A stretch of DNA of 63,759 nucleotides, counting the filler, from Octopus bimaculoides (taxonomy: Eukaryota), in NCBI RefSeq assembly GCF_001194135.2. It is 8 parts of 8 records of this genome, joined end to end, with 100 filler letters (N's around TTAATTAATTAA, not from the genome) between each part and the next. Parts side by side here need not be neighbours in the genome. Positions count along the whole stretch, not along the records: positions 1 to 7,523 come from NC_069006.1; positions 7,624 to 12,581 come from NC_068987.1; 6 more parts are not named here. One strand, 5' to 3'. Numbering within the stretch: position 1 is the stretch's first letter; every line of letters starts with the position of its first letter. Position numbers and translations under genes: made by a program. Under the pieces are notes generated by a model. The model saw only the letters and a program-made list of their open reading frames with translations. It ran no database searches and had not been told where the DNA came from. Positions 1 through 12,581 of the stretch are shown in pieces.

Positions 1-138
1 TTAATGTTTCTTGTTCTTCTTCAGAATCATCTGAAATGCTCCAAAGACTCCCATCCTTCTAATGCTGTGTTCTCTGTCTCCCACCTGGGGCTACCCCAGA
101 ACATAAGGTCAGTGTTTCTGGCTTCGGAGAGGTACGCA

Positions 139-612
139 ATGGAGTACCCCCTGTTGAGGCCTGTGCCACCACCTTCCTCTGCCCGATGCCTCTCATCTCT
201 CAGAAGTTTAAGGAAATTCATCCTCATCAGCATCGTTAGTTGCATGGCAGTGGTTACCTTGACGACAATGGCCATATTATTGGTGCTATCCTTTCAAGTG
301 TCTTCTCCTTTGAATCCTTCTTATGACAACAGAGTGGTAAGTATCAGAACACACATACACACATGCGTGCACAAACACACACACACATACACACACACAC
401 AGAGAGGCATGCATGCTTGTGTGCAAACATACACGCATATACACATGAATGCTCATAAACATGCACACATGCATGTACGCGTGTGTGCACACACACTCAC
501 ACAAATACAAAATCACATTTATAGGATCATATTTAAAGTTCACAAGAATTTAGAACCATAAGAGCAAGATTTACATCATCACCATCACCACCACCACCAC
601 CACCACCACCAC

Positions 613-662
<50 letters not shown>

Positions 663-1834
663 CACCATCATTACCATTAGAGAGCTACCAGAATCAATAT
701 AGCATCAGGCAAAATACTTTTTAGCATTTGTCCTGGTTCTTTATGTCCCGAGTTCAAATCTCACTGAAGACGGTTTTGCCTTCCTTCCAATCTCATCCAC
801 ACAGCCACACCTACATCTGTTCATAATATCTACTAATTGTGTCCAGAATAAGCTCAAGGCCAGCAATTTGGAATGAGAGAGAGGGTTCATCACTACCATT
901 GACTCTTGTACTTGTGTGGTACTTTATTTTAGCAACCCTGGAATGATAAAAGGTGAAATTAACCTTGAAAGGATTTGAACTCAGAATGGGAAAACCAGAA
1001 CATATACTGCTGCCTGAACAATTCTGCCAGCTTAATATTTAATAATAATGATAATAATAACAATCAACTTAATTTAGGGATTTTGTGTTTTTTCACTTGC
1101 AGACAATTCCACTGCCAAACATAGAAACTGGGAACCGAAATCAGAGTGACATTCGCAGACATTCAACATTAAAGAATTCCTCTTTTCTTGGTAAATCATT
1201 TCACTTTATTTGTTCACTTGTTAATTTCTTCATTCTTAAATTATTTTCCTTCCTTATGTCATTTCTCAATTCAGTAATTCTTGCAGGCATGGCTTGGTGG
1301 TTTAGAAATTTGCTTCCCAACCATGAGGTTTAGGGTTCAGTCCCACTGTGAGCCACCTTGGGCAGGTGTGTGTTATTATAGCCCCAAACTGAGTAAAGCC
1401 TCATGAAGGCAAAGTGGCTGAGTTCCTTTTGAGTGTTGGGCCTCATGGAGGCAATGACCAAGACCTTTGGCATTATGTTGTGATTGAGAAGAAGACCCAT
1501 CAAGCCAGGTAAAATCACAGACATGGCAGATACCGGTCTCATCAAATTGGCACCCATGTTGGTGGCAAGTAAATGCACACTGGTGTCATGCAAATGGCAC
1601 CCGTGCCAGTGGTACATAAAAGCATCCTTTATACTCTCAGAGTGGTTGGTGTTAGGAAGGGCATCCAGCCATAGGAAAACCATGCCAAATCAAACTGGAG
1701 CCTAGCACAGCCTTCCAGTGTGTCAGCTTGTTCAAACCGTCCAACCCATGCCAGCATGGACAACGGACGTTAAATAATGATGATGATGATGATGATGGTG
1801 ATGAACGGATTCAGATGCCAGAAACTGAAAAAAG

Positions 1835-1878
<44 letters not shown>

Positions 1879-4800
1879 TCTCACACACATGCACACATGT
1901 ATTTATGTATGTATATACTGAACAGGGGAGAATGAGTGCTCAACACTGTATTGGGTGGATAAATATTCTTTATTTGTGGAGTAACCAGGCTACCATTGGT
2001 TTCATGTTGGGAGGGATATTTCTTATCAGGAAATCAGTGGTGGCCAGGTTACCTCAAGAATAAAGTGTGTGTGTGTTTGTGCATGTGTGTGTGCATGTGT
2101 GTGTACGTGTGCGTGCATGAGTGTGTGTGTGTGTGTACATATGTATATATATGTGTGTGTGTGCGTGTATGTGTATATTTACCAGTATGAAGAGATGGAG
2201 AGGGATTTGGTGAGATGGAGAGGGGTTTGGTGAGAGAGATAGAAGTGACTCAGGAAAGAGAACAGATCAGAAGGTGAGATGGTAAGGGGATGCGCAAGGT
2301 GTAGGAGTGGTGGGGGAGGGAGATGTTGAGGAGGCCCAGAGGTGCACAAGAGTAGCTGTAGTGAGTGGGGCAATGACGTTGGCTGCGAAGGCACATTGAG
2401 AAGGATAACAGATGTGAGGGGTGTTGAGATGGAATATGACAGAAGAAAGAAAGAGAGAGAGAGAGACAGACAGACAGATAGGGAGAGAGAGACAGACAGA
2501 CAGATAGGGAGAGAGGGATAATTGGAAGCACTGAAAGCAGGTAATCAGTAGAAAGTGATACATTAGTGGCTCAGTCATAAGTTAGTCGCCCAAAGACATG
2601 TCATAATATCTAGTTTCTTCTGTTAATGCAAAACCTCAGATTTATGACCTATCACTCTATTGGTCGCCTTTCCTATCCATCTAAAATATATTCCTCACAA
2701 AGAATTTGTCTTTTGGAGATTGAACCAAAATTTCAAAGACAAAACCTTCGCAAATACCTAAGCTTTCCATTATTATATTTTATTTTATTATATGTATTTT
2801 TATATTTTCATTAATAGCTTCAAGCAACAAGACATTATTTTCCAGTTCAATCTCATGTTACAACAAATGTTGGCCATACACAGCGTTTCGCTTCCAGTCC
2901 GAATGTCAGAATGGTGTGTGTCACTGCCAGGGAAAAGGCTATGATCCCACATCTTGCTTACGTGAGTAAAATATACTTTGGTTATGTATTTCTTTCAGTT
3001 TATGTGCTCGAGGGTGGAGGCATGTGGCTAGGGTGTTGGACTCATGATCATAAGATTGTATTTTCAATTCCTGGACCAGGTATTGCATTGTATTCTTGTA
3101 CAAAACACCTCATTTCATGTTACTCCAGTCCATTTAGCTGGCAAAAATGGATAATATGGTGAAGTTGTGACAAGCCCGGCAAGCCAGTAATAGATGGCAG
3201 ATCTGGCTAAAAAAAACAAACAAACAGAAGGGACTGACTGGGCATAAGCCTACCCTGGTGTTGGGTGCTTTCTTTTTTTGAATGCAATTGAGGCAGTACT
3301 TAATCCTTTAGTATTTAAACTGACCATATCCGGCCCAAATATTCTTCTTGTTTTATATTCAAACAAGCCAAATCTGTGAAATGTAAAAAAAATGTAAATA
3401 ATTCCTCATCTCCTAAAATCCTAGTGTTTATGTCTGAATCAATCACATTGGCTTTGCCTATTGTGAAGTGACAACAAAACATGCTGGTAATATCTCATCA
3501 GTGAAGATGAAAATGAGACTGTGAAGGTCTAGAAACTTTGATGAGAGAAATAGGAATTGTGTTATTTCAAACAACAAGAAACACATTAAAAAAATTGAGA
3601 GAAAAAAGAAACATTGAAAAATATAAAACTAGACTAGCACCCACTACACTCTCAGAGTGATTGGCGTTAGGAAGGGCATCCAGGTGTAGAAACTCTGCCA
3701 AATCAGATTGGAGCCTGGTGTAGCCATCTGGTTTCACCAGTCCTCAGTCAAATCGTCCAACCCATGCTAGCATGGAGGGCGGATGTTAAACGATGATGAT
3801 GATGATGATGATGAAGCCAAATCTGACTTCTTACACCTACTCCACAATGTCATTCTAAAAATAAACAGTCACATCATCAAAATCTCAAAGCTATGAGATA
3901 ATGCATGATTAGTTTAATACAATGTGAATGAATAAATATCAAATTTGAAAGAAAAATCTGAATGCTAAAGGGTTAGTTAAAATAACAATATATGTATCAT
4001 ACTCAATGTAGAGACACTGTTGATTGGCTCAGTACAAATACTGCAGTGATCCATTGATAGTGTGTATGTGTTTAGTATGATATATAGATGGCTATTAATT
4101 TCATTTGTTTATTTATGCTTTAAATACATGGCAAGAGGATGCTTGGGGGAGTTGTTTGGCACCTCTTGCAGTGTCTTCTCCATAAACTTTTCCATAAAAA
4201 AATCTTTGTCTTTGGTTCTGTGATGCCAAACTATTGTTAAAGGAACCTGGTAGAAATTATCATAGGTTCTGTAGTAAATAATCGCAACTAAAACACACAG
4301 TATTCAGCAATGCAACAGTGTTGTTAATAATAATGGTGGCAGTAGTGGTGGTGGTGGTGGTGGTGGTGGCGGCGGCGGTGGTTATGATGATGATGGTAGT
4401 AGTGGTGGTGATGATGCTTTCTAACATAGGTGCAAGTCTTACTGTATCTGAATAAAAGACAGGATGGAAATGGCTGGTACGCCTGTCATCATTGGTCTGC
4501 AGGATCGGACAGAATGTTGTATCATTGTGCAATGATGTAACATCTTTAGTTAATATTTATATTAAATAATGAATTTAATCAATATTTATATTGATTTATA
4601 TTCAAACTAAAGGGCCATGTAAAAAGCTTTGGTGTTGGTGGCATTTAAAAAGCACTGGTGATGGTTATATGTAAAGAACCCCCAGCACACTCCATAAAGT
4701 GGTTGGCATTAGGAAGGACCTCCGGCTGCAGAAACCAAGCCAAAACAGACTATGGAACCTGGTGCAGCCCCACCAGATTACCAGTTTTCAATCAAACCAT

Positions 4801-5338
4801 CCAACCCATGCCAGCATGGAAAATGGACGTTAAATGATGGTGATGATGATGACAATGATGACAACAATGATTTATATAGAATAATAATCTGTGTATCATA
4901 AAACATATAAATACAAATCTGGTATATGTGATTTGAGACATTATTAAGTTAAAATACTTTATTGTATCTGGAGAGAGTCATTCTCTTTTCATGCCTTATT
5001 ATCTAACACACACACTGGTTTGATTTCCACTCATTTACTTATTTATTTAGAAAAATAAATAAGTAAATGAGTGGAAATCGAACTTGTGAGTGTTAAATAA
5101 TAAGGCACTAAAAGAGAATGACTCTCTCAAGACACAACAAAATATGCTTCAACACACAAATTCCCATAAAGAATCTTGCACACCAAATACAAAAACGAAA
5201 TAAGTTAAAATAGTAATCTATATAATCATATTTAATGTATACTCACTCTGTTTGTAAGCCAGTCACTGCAGTATTTGTTCTGAAATAACATCTCATATGC
5301 GATAGCTATGTTAAAAGCATGATAAATACGGGTGGGTG

Positions 5339-5389
<51 letters not shown>

Positions 5390-5441
5390 NNNNNNNNNNN
5401 NNNNNNNNNNNNNNNNNNNNNNNNNNNNNNNNNNNNNNNNN

Positions 5442-5493
<52 letters not shown>

Positions 5494-6215
5494 TTGTTCC
5501 AGTAGTGGCCATCTGCCTCAGTTATGTAATCTGGATTCTAATCAACTGGGCAGCTATGTTGCAACATTGGTGAATGTTTTATTCACTTTTCCTTGTATCA
5601 AAGGTTATGAATTCTTATCCAACCTTGTGGCTAGCTGCAAGTTTGTCCATTGAAAAGACCCCCAAAAGGCTTCTGCTGCTGCTGGGATGAATTTTCATCA
5701 CACTCTGATATTGTTTTTTAGCACATCAACTCTAATAAATGTTATCTCAGGATATATATTGCAGTAACTGGCCTATCAAAAGTGTGTATACATTAAGTAT
5801 ATGTATATCCCTATTTTAATTAAATATTGCTTCAATTGCATGTTTTATATCAGAAACTAATGCTTACATCATTTAAAAACAGTTATAACAATTTTCCTCT
5901 ATGATGTCCTTTGCAGCCATTTATAAAAATTGCTCAATAAGGAGAAATTCCAGCAATGCTGTTGCATATTGGCACCAAAAGATCCAAGAGACATTTGGTT
6001 GCCATTCCTACAAAGAGGCAAATTCAGAAAGAAACAGTCAAGTCTATGTGATTAGTACAATGAATGAATGGAAAGCTCATCAGCCAATCAGATTAAATGT
6101 CACAGAAGCCATGACAAGACAGTTTCAACCAATCACATTAGTTCTGGCTTCCTATTATCCAGCACATTGGTTTATTCAGATACAAAGTGGAATCCACTTA
6201 AGTTCAATTTTACAG
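139..6215 (+). CDS. Spliced gene, type II (signal-anchor) membrane protein of unassigned family; exons 139-336, 1103-1190, 2846-2913, 4430-4536, 5503-5603, 5917-6215; 3' end not found
   Basis: Six GT-AG bounded segments join in frame (phases 0,1,0,2,1,0; 861 nt, 287 codons, no stop). N-terminus MEYPLLRP...RKFILISIVSCMAVVTLTTMAILLVLSF is a basic patch plus hydrophobic anchor. The exon 5 donor AAG|gttatg is weak; the alternative donor at 5569 breaks the frame. Confidence 0.65.
1284..1803 (+). mobile_element. tRNA-derived SINE, family A (ends CATGCCAGCATGG...GGACGTTAAA(TGA)n)
   Basis: A-box-like TGGCTTGGTGG, B-box-like GGTTCAGTCCC and (GAT)n tail. Related 3' fragments at 3636-3813, 4620-4870, 6403-6730 (-) and 51052-51205 (-). 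Confidence 0.8.
3304..3972. mobile_element. piggyBac-type MITE interrupted by a 437-bp insertion
   Basis: TTAA|TCCTTTAGTATT ... AATGCTAAAGGG|TTAG: 12-bp TIRs matching 10/12 with TTAA-like flanks. Internal direct repeat AAGCCAAATCTG at 3365-3376 and 3814-3825. Confidence 0.7.
4955..5143. repeat. Fold-back palindromic element (MITE-like hairpin)
   Basis: 4971-5048 (GAGAGAGTCATTCTC...TTACTTATTTATTT) is near-perfectly complementary to 5053-5128 across a 4-nt loop. Confidence 0.85.
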
Positions 6216-6290
6216 GTGAGATTTTTCCCTCTCCCCTTTTTACCTCACTTTCTCCCCACTGTTCTCTATTTGTCTGTCTCTCCCCCACCC

Positions 6291-6356
<66 letters not shown>

Positions 6357-7224
6357 TTGTCTGTCTGTCTGTATACATACACACACACATATATATATCA
6401 TCATCATCGTTTAATGTCCGCTTTCCTTGCTAGCATGGGTTAGATGATTTGACTGAGGACTAGCAAGCCAGAAGGCTACACCAGACTCCAATCTGATCTG
6501 GCAGAGTTTCTACAGCTGGATGCCCTTCCTAACGCCAACTACTCTGTGAGTGTAGTAGGTGCCCCTACGTGCCACCAGCATGAGGGCCAGTCACATGGTA
6601 CTGGCAACGGCCACGCTCAAAAAGGTGTTTTTTATGTGCTAACTGCACGGGCGCCAGGCAACGACCTCACTCGAATGATTTTCTAACATGCCAGTAAGGT
6701 GACGCTGGTAACGATCACGCTCAAATGGTGCTTGGGCAACACACATAGACACACAGTAAATAAAAAAAAAATGACAGGTATTTGTATGCATGTGTGTATT
6801 AATGTGTATTGTGTCTCTCTATATATATATGGTAGTAAGTAAATGCATTTTAAGAAAGATATTCAGTTTGTAGGGAATAAATGTTTGACTGTCGATCATA
6901 TTTGGAAGAGACTGACAGATATTTGTATGTATGTGTTTATTTGTATGTATGTGTGTATTTGTACATATGTATGTATGAGTGTGTATTCAAAACCATCTAT
7001 ATTTACACTTTAAAGTTGGTTTTCACACTCAACCTTGTTCTGCAGAATCAGTGTCGCGACGGGAGGTTTGTGCCCATCTCAATGTTGTGAGTTTAAATTC
7101 CGCCGAAGTCGACTTTGCCTTTCACCCTTTCGGTGTGTAAAAAATATGTACCAGTTGAACACAGGGGTCGATATAATCGACTATTGTACACCTGCCCCAA
7201 TCTGCCCTTGTGGGAAAAATTGAA

Positions 7225-7256
<32 letters not shown>

Positions 7257-7259
<3 letters not shown>

Positions 7260-7523
7260 AAGAAAAAATAAAGAAAGAGTACTATAGATGAGTTAGATCA
7301 ATACTAAAAACAGAGCTCAATGCTAAAAACAAGATAATGGGTATCAACACTTTAGCTGTCCCAGTTATAAGCTACAGCTACAACATCCTTAACTGGACAC
7401 TAAACGAACTATCTAAAATAGACAGGAAAACAAGAAAAATAATGACAGGATCTAGGATGCACCACCCAAAATCTGACATAGAAAGGCTATATATACAACG
7501 CACAGAAGGTGGCAGGGGTCTTA
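7257..7523 (+). mobile_element. R4/Dong-clade non-LTR retrotransposon fragment (RT C-terminal region)
   Basis: [18 protein letters not shown]...DRKTRK...HHPKSDIERLY...GGRGL. Roughly 90% similar by eye to the reverse complement of 49360-49556. Starts at an (AAT)n run. Confidence 0.85.
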
Positions 7524-7623
7524 NNNNNNNNNNNNNNNNNNNNNNNNNNNNNNNNNNNNNNNNNNNNTTAATTAATTAANNNNNNNNNNNNNNNNNNNNN
7601 NNNNNNNNNNNNNNNNNNNNNNN

Positions 7624-7964
7624 AAAGTGGTGAGCCATGAGTTGAGACTGAGTCTCAAAGTCATGGCTGTCGCTACAAAGTCTGCGTAGACGGAGGAATT
7701 GGGAATAGGGGATGGAAAGTTTTGTGTGTCTAGGGTGGGAGGAGGAGAAGTTGAGATAGGAGTGTGAGTCTGTGTGTTTGTAGTGGATGGAGGTGCTAAG
7801 GGTGGAGTGGAGGATGCTGACCGAAATGTCGAGAAAGGGGACAGAGGTGTCAGAGACAGTACAGGAGAAGTGGAGGGCAGGATGGAAAGACTGAACGAAA
7901 GAGAGGAACAAGTCAAGATGTTCACGGGAGAGTGAGGTGGCACCGATACAGTCATCGATATACG
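7624..7964 (-). mobile_element. Penelope-like element reverse transcriptase fragment
   Basis: YIDD...PFLDI...YKHTDSHSYLNFSSSHP..TKLSIPYSQFLRLRRLCS, typical PLE palm/thumb motifs. Confidence 0.85.
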
Positions 7965-9096
7965 TTTCCAGTATTATGTCATGAATATGATTTGTGAAAC
8001 TGAACCAGTATTTACATGTGAGAGACACTAGCAGTACTCCAGTACGCGGAGAGCCAAATTTTGATCTCTTATTTAAAATAAGACCCCTTATTGACTGCAT
8101 TCGAAATGCATATAAAACACTTTACAACCCTGAGAGTTACTTACCCATTGATGTGGGCATGGTGGGGTATAAAGGAAGGGTACACTTCCGATAGTATATG
8201 CCAGGAAAGCCCACGAAGTGGGGGATCAAAGTTTGGAAAATTTGTGGAGCAAATATTGGGTACTGCTGTGGATTTAGTTTTTATACTGCGAAAAGAGACA
8301 ATAATGTTAGTCAGCATGGTCTAGGGTATGATGTGGTCTGGAATTTATCACTTCCATACCATAATCAGGGCCATATATTATTGTTTGACTGTTTTTTTTT
8401 TATTTCTGTCAAATATAGAGTGAATTTAGAAACTATGTCAACGTATACGTGTGCTATAGTAATTGCTAGTAGGAAAGGGCTGCTGTTGGATATAAAAAAA
8501 GTGAAATTAAGAAAAAAGGGGTGAAATAATCCAACAGCAGAAAGGAAATCTGCTAGAGACCACATACAGAGATAAGAGGCAGATTAATTTTCTGTCTTAC
8601 CAGTACACAACCTTGTGTAGATGAAAATAGCACCCCATTTGTGAACCTCGATTATAACAGGTACATGCGCAGTGTAGATCGGCTGAACCAAATGATGAGT
8701 TATCCGGTTGGTAGACGGGGTAATAAATGGTGGCGATACCTGGTTTGGTATATAGTAAACCTGAGTATTGTAAATGCGTTTATATTATATACCATATCAG
8801 GAGGGGTTCACAAGTCTGCAGTTCCGAGCAGATGTAGCAACGCAGTTGAGGGCAAAAAAATAACTGCAGGAAGGAAAAGCAAAACCTGAGAGAGAGATAT
8901 CCCTCTGAGTTCAGCCAATCTCCATAAATTAGAAAAAATTGGGGGTCGCAAAGGGTAGTACCATGACTGTCTACATCAACAAAGAAAAACTCCCAGTGGA
9001 CAGCCAGTTGAAACTTCTTTCTAATGTGCATTCTGCAAGGTTGCAGTATGTAGAGTGGGATGTTTTACAAGTTTCCATGAAAGAAATATTATGTGA
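7964..9096 (+). pseudogene. Decayed piggyBac (PGBD4-like, DDE_Tnp_1_7) transposase including the C-terminal cysteine-rich domain
   Basis: SIMS*I*F..L.QYLH, KIRPLID, IDVGMVGYKGR.HFR*YMPGKPTKWGIKVW, DKRQINFLS, DYNRYMRSVDRLNQ, KWWRYL, ETSF*CAFCKVAVCRVGCFTSFH. Several stops and frameshifts. Confidence 0.9.
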
Positions 9097-9144
9097 CTAT
9101 TGTGTATATATATATATATATATATTGTTAAAGTCTGTCATACC

Positions 9145-9184
9145 GGCCATGACGAAGGGAAATAGCCCTGAAACTCGAGTCGCC
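9145..9184 (+). ncRNA. Minimal type I hammerhead ribozyme motif (Penelope-associated type)
   Basis: GGC-CATGACGA-AGGG(AAATAG)CCCT-GAAA-C(TCGA)G-TC-GCC. Stem II 4 bp, palindromic stem III ACTCGAGT, GUC cleavage triplet, stem I 3 bp; one extra A in the CUGANGA box. Confidence 0.65.
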
Positions 9185-9188
9185 TTTT

Positions 9189-9222
<34 letters not shown>

Positions 9223-9789
9223 TATATATTTGATCCTTTATATTGAACACTCAATATTTCATCTACATTCAATACTTTCTTTCATGGTGCCATCCATTTT
9301 TATTTTATTTTATTTTATATTGTATATTGTATATCATATTATATATTGTATATTCCATATTCTATACCCCACATTAGTTCTGCAGGAATATAAATAAAAC
9401 ATAAAAAACAGACAGTGTTGGAACTCTTTTAAGCAAAATAATATATTCCTCTATACACAATCATACAAAAAAATCCACCTTTTTTGTATTTATTTTTACT
9501 CGCATATATATATATATATATATATATATAGATATATATGTATGTATAATTAGCTTGTATAAATATTTTTCAAATTTACTTCGTTTTTACTTTTTATTTA
9601 CTTGTAATTTAAATTTGCTTCTAAGGTGAGTGACAAGTTTTGATTTAATTTCTATTGTAAATCTTTATTATATATGTTCTTGTGTATTCATGTATGTGTG
9701 TGAGTATATTTCATTTAGTTGATGTATTTAATTTTCTAGTTTTCTTCAAAAACAAATTCCAGTATTTCAGTTTATTTTACCTTTATGGT

Positions 9790-10300
9790 ACACCTGTTCT
9801 TCTGTGCATTAAATTCAACTGATAATCTAGTGATGTGCAAAATTCTTCTACATTAAAATTTTATTGCATACCCACTCATTTCCTATGGTGATGCTTAAAC
9901 AAAATTTTAATATTTTTATATTTTGCTCAGTTTACCTGTATTTACTCTTTGAGGCAAAAAATATGCAACAGAATTAAGAACCCTTTCTTCAATTATGTTC
10001 CAAATATCACATTAATATGTTGATAAGTAAAAGAAGTTACTGTTGTTTAATGAAACTAGTCTAAATTCATGATTATTTTAGAATTTAATTGAAACTCATG
10101 AGGGGTGTATTTTGGTCAGAAATATAGTGATGAAAGGGTTAAATATAGATTTATCAATGTTATTTTTAACTTGCATTGCATATGGAATAATTAACCATAT
10201 TTTATTAGATTTACGAGGGTGACTGTTATTTATAGGTATGTTGTAATCCATTTTAGATTTTTTAGAGTTAATGAATTGGGTATGTGGTTTATTATTGTTG

Positions 10301-10380
<80 letters not shown>

Positions 10381-10880
10381 AGCATTGTATGAATTGGCAG
10401 TGGTGCTGATATTGGAAGTGATTAATTGTTTATTCATATCAATATGTTTATTATGTTTTTATCATTGTGGAGATCATTATAATTGTAAATTGGATGTTTT
10501 TTTTTTTATTTATCTTGGGTTTATGAGATAACTTAATATTTGTTTTTCTATTATTATGTTTGGTACTATTAGTTTGATTTGAAAAGATCTTGGATTTATT
10601 ATCATTGTCAATTCCTTGTTTATATGTAGTTGGGTTACTAGTTATTTGCATATTTCTAATTATATTACTAGTTATGGTGGGATTATAAAATTTACCAGTT
10701 TTATTTTTTGCTTGTAATTAGTTGTGTTATATTTATTAGTGTTGTTAGGTTGATGGTATTCTGTTTTATCCCTATATCCAGCACTTGTTAGAGCTGTGTT
10801 GTAGTGGTTCTCATATCTATAAAATATTTCTTCATTAGAAGATAAATAGGTTAGTCTCTTACCAATGCTGGAGGCTAATG
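9790..10880 (-). mobile_element. Highly decayed Penelope-like element fragment (thumb/linker region) split by an (AAT)n run
   Basis: SIGKRLTYLSSNEEIF...YNTALTSAGY and PRKSNKIWLIIPYAMQVKNNIDK resemble the PLE motifs RLSSSEEIF/RKRNIIWFNPPYS. Confidence 0.55.
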
Positions 10881-12028
10881 CATTTTTAATTGAACTAGGA
10901 TGGTTACTTGCACATACTTACACACACACACACACACACACACATACATCTTATATATAAATGGCAATTTCTGTCTGTCTGTCTGTCTTACTATCTTGGT
11001 TCCCAAACCAGGGAACCCATCTTCACCAAACTTTGTATATATGTTGAACTAACATCCAGTTTAATTGTAGGCCAATTGGATTTCAATAAAAATTGATAAT
11101 GGACCGACTATGGGGGTTGAGCTATAATATGATAAAATGAGAGGGGTGCAAAAGTGTTAGGTTCAGGGAAATGTGGCATAATGAGGGTGGCTGATATCAG
11201 GGAAGGGGAGTAGGCAGAAAGAGATAGACACACAGGGAATGTAAGAAACAGAGAGAACGACAGACAGGGACACTTCCATATATATAAAAGAGTGTTCAAA
11301 TGTGTGTGCATATGTATTTATATATGTGTATATGAAAGATATGTGTGTGTGAGACAGAAAGAGACTGAGTGAGTGCCACTTACACACATATGACATCACA
11401 CCTTCACTCACTCTCTCTCTCGCACACGCACACACACACACACACACACGTCCATTTCATTACATGTATATACATCTACTTTCTCCTCTTTTTCACTTTC
11501 TTCTTCCACTGTAAAGCAAATGTTGCAGTTTTACTTTCTCTTCTCTTTCAGTTTCAGCTCTAATCAAAGCATAAAGAAATAACAGAATTTTATGGAAATT
11601 AACGAATACATTCAAAACCTGAGTTTCTGATTTTCACGTATGGGGTATCAAAAGATTCAGTAATCTTTCGTCTAACAAATAAACTTCATTATTATTTACA
11701 TATTTGCATTACAAAAACTTAACATCATGATCTTTCCATAATTCAGCTGTCCTAAACGACATTTTATACCACAACGACAACGATGTCACATTTTCTCTAT
11801 GAATGTGTACCTTAAAAGACATCCATTTCTCAATATGTCGAGGTAATACAGTCACTCACTTTCTCTCTCACATTCACACATACATAGAAAAAAGATGTAT
11901 GCACATGTATTTATGAATGTATATATGAAAGATAATGTGTGTGTGTATGAGAGAGAGAGTGAATGCCACTTACACATACGTACAAATACATACATGACAA
12001 CATACACCCTCACGTTCTCTCTCTCTCA

Positions 12029-12581
12029 CACACACACATGCACACAAGTCCATTTCATATGCAAGTATTTCTTCATTTTAAAAAATTTTTTCAAATTTCT
12101 TTATTGGTAAAAGGTAATCCACAAGGAAAAAATAGAGAGTACGAACCTGAAAGAATTTTCTTCTTTTGGTTTTCTAAAAGCAAGTATGCAAGTACATACA
12201 GTTTTCATTTTCTGCTCTCACTTCAAAGCAAATGTCGCCTTTTCACTTTCTCCTCTCTTTCAGTTTCTGCTCTCTTCAAAGCTTAAATAAAGATTTTTTA
12301 CAGAAATTAATGAGCAATCATATGATCCCATATGATTGAGTTGACAACTTTTCTGTTTCAAATGAAAGAATGCCATAAAAGAACTTCCGTTGGCACACAC
12401 ACATGCACACAAGTCCATTTCATATGCAAGTATTTCTTCATTTTAAAAAATTTTTTCAAATTTCTTTATTGGTAAAAGGTAATCCACAAGGAAAAAATAG
12501 AGAGTACGAACCTGAAAGAATTTTCTTCTTTTGGTTTTCTAAAAGCAAGTATGCAAGTACATACAGTTTTCATTTTCTGCT
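12029..12581 (+). repeat. Exact 188-bp direct duplication (12029-12216 and 12394-12581) abutting a scaffold gap
   Basis: Identical sequence by eye; both copies start in (CA)n. Confidence 0.85.

Noticed and set aside
7568-7579. TTAATTAATTAA inside N runs (also 12626, 42952, 45332, 57318, 61036, 62335)
   Set aside because: Identical 12-mer centred in 100-nt gaps with stops in all six frames; an assembly linker, not biology.
10948-11295. Inverted TCTTATATATAAATGG...TGTCTGTC ends (Helitron-head or MITE-like)
   Set aside because: Match is weak and largely low-complexity; no TSD or 3' hairpin identified.
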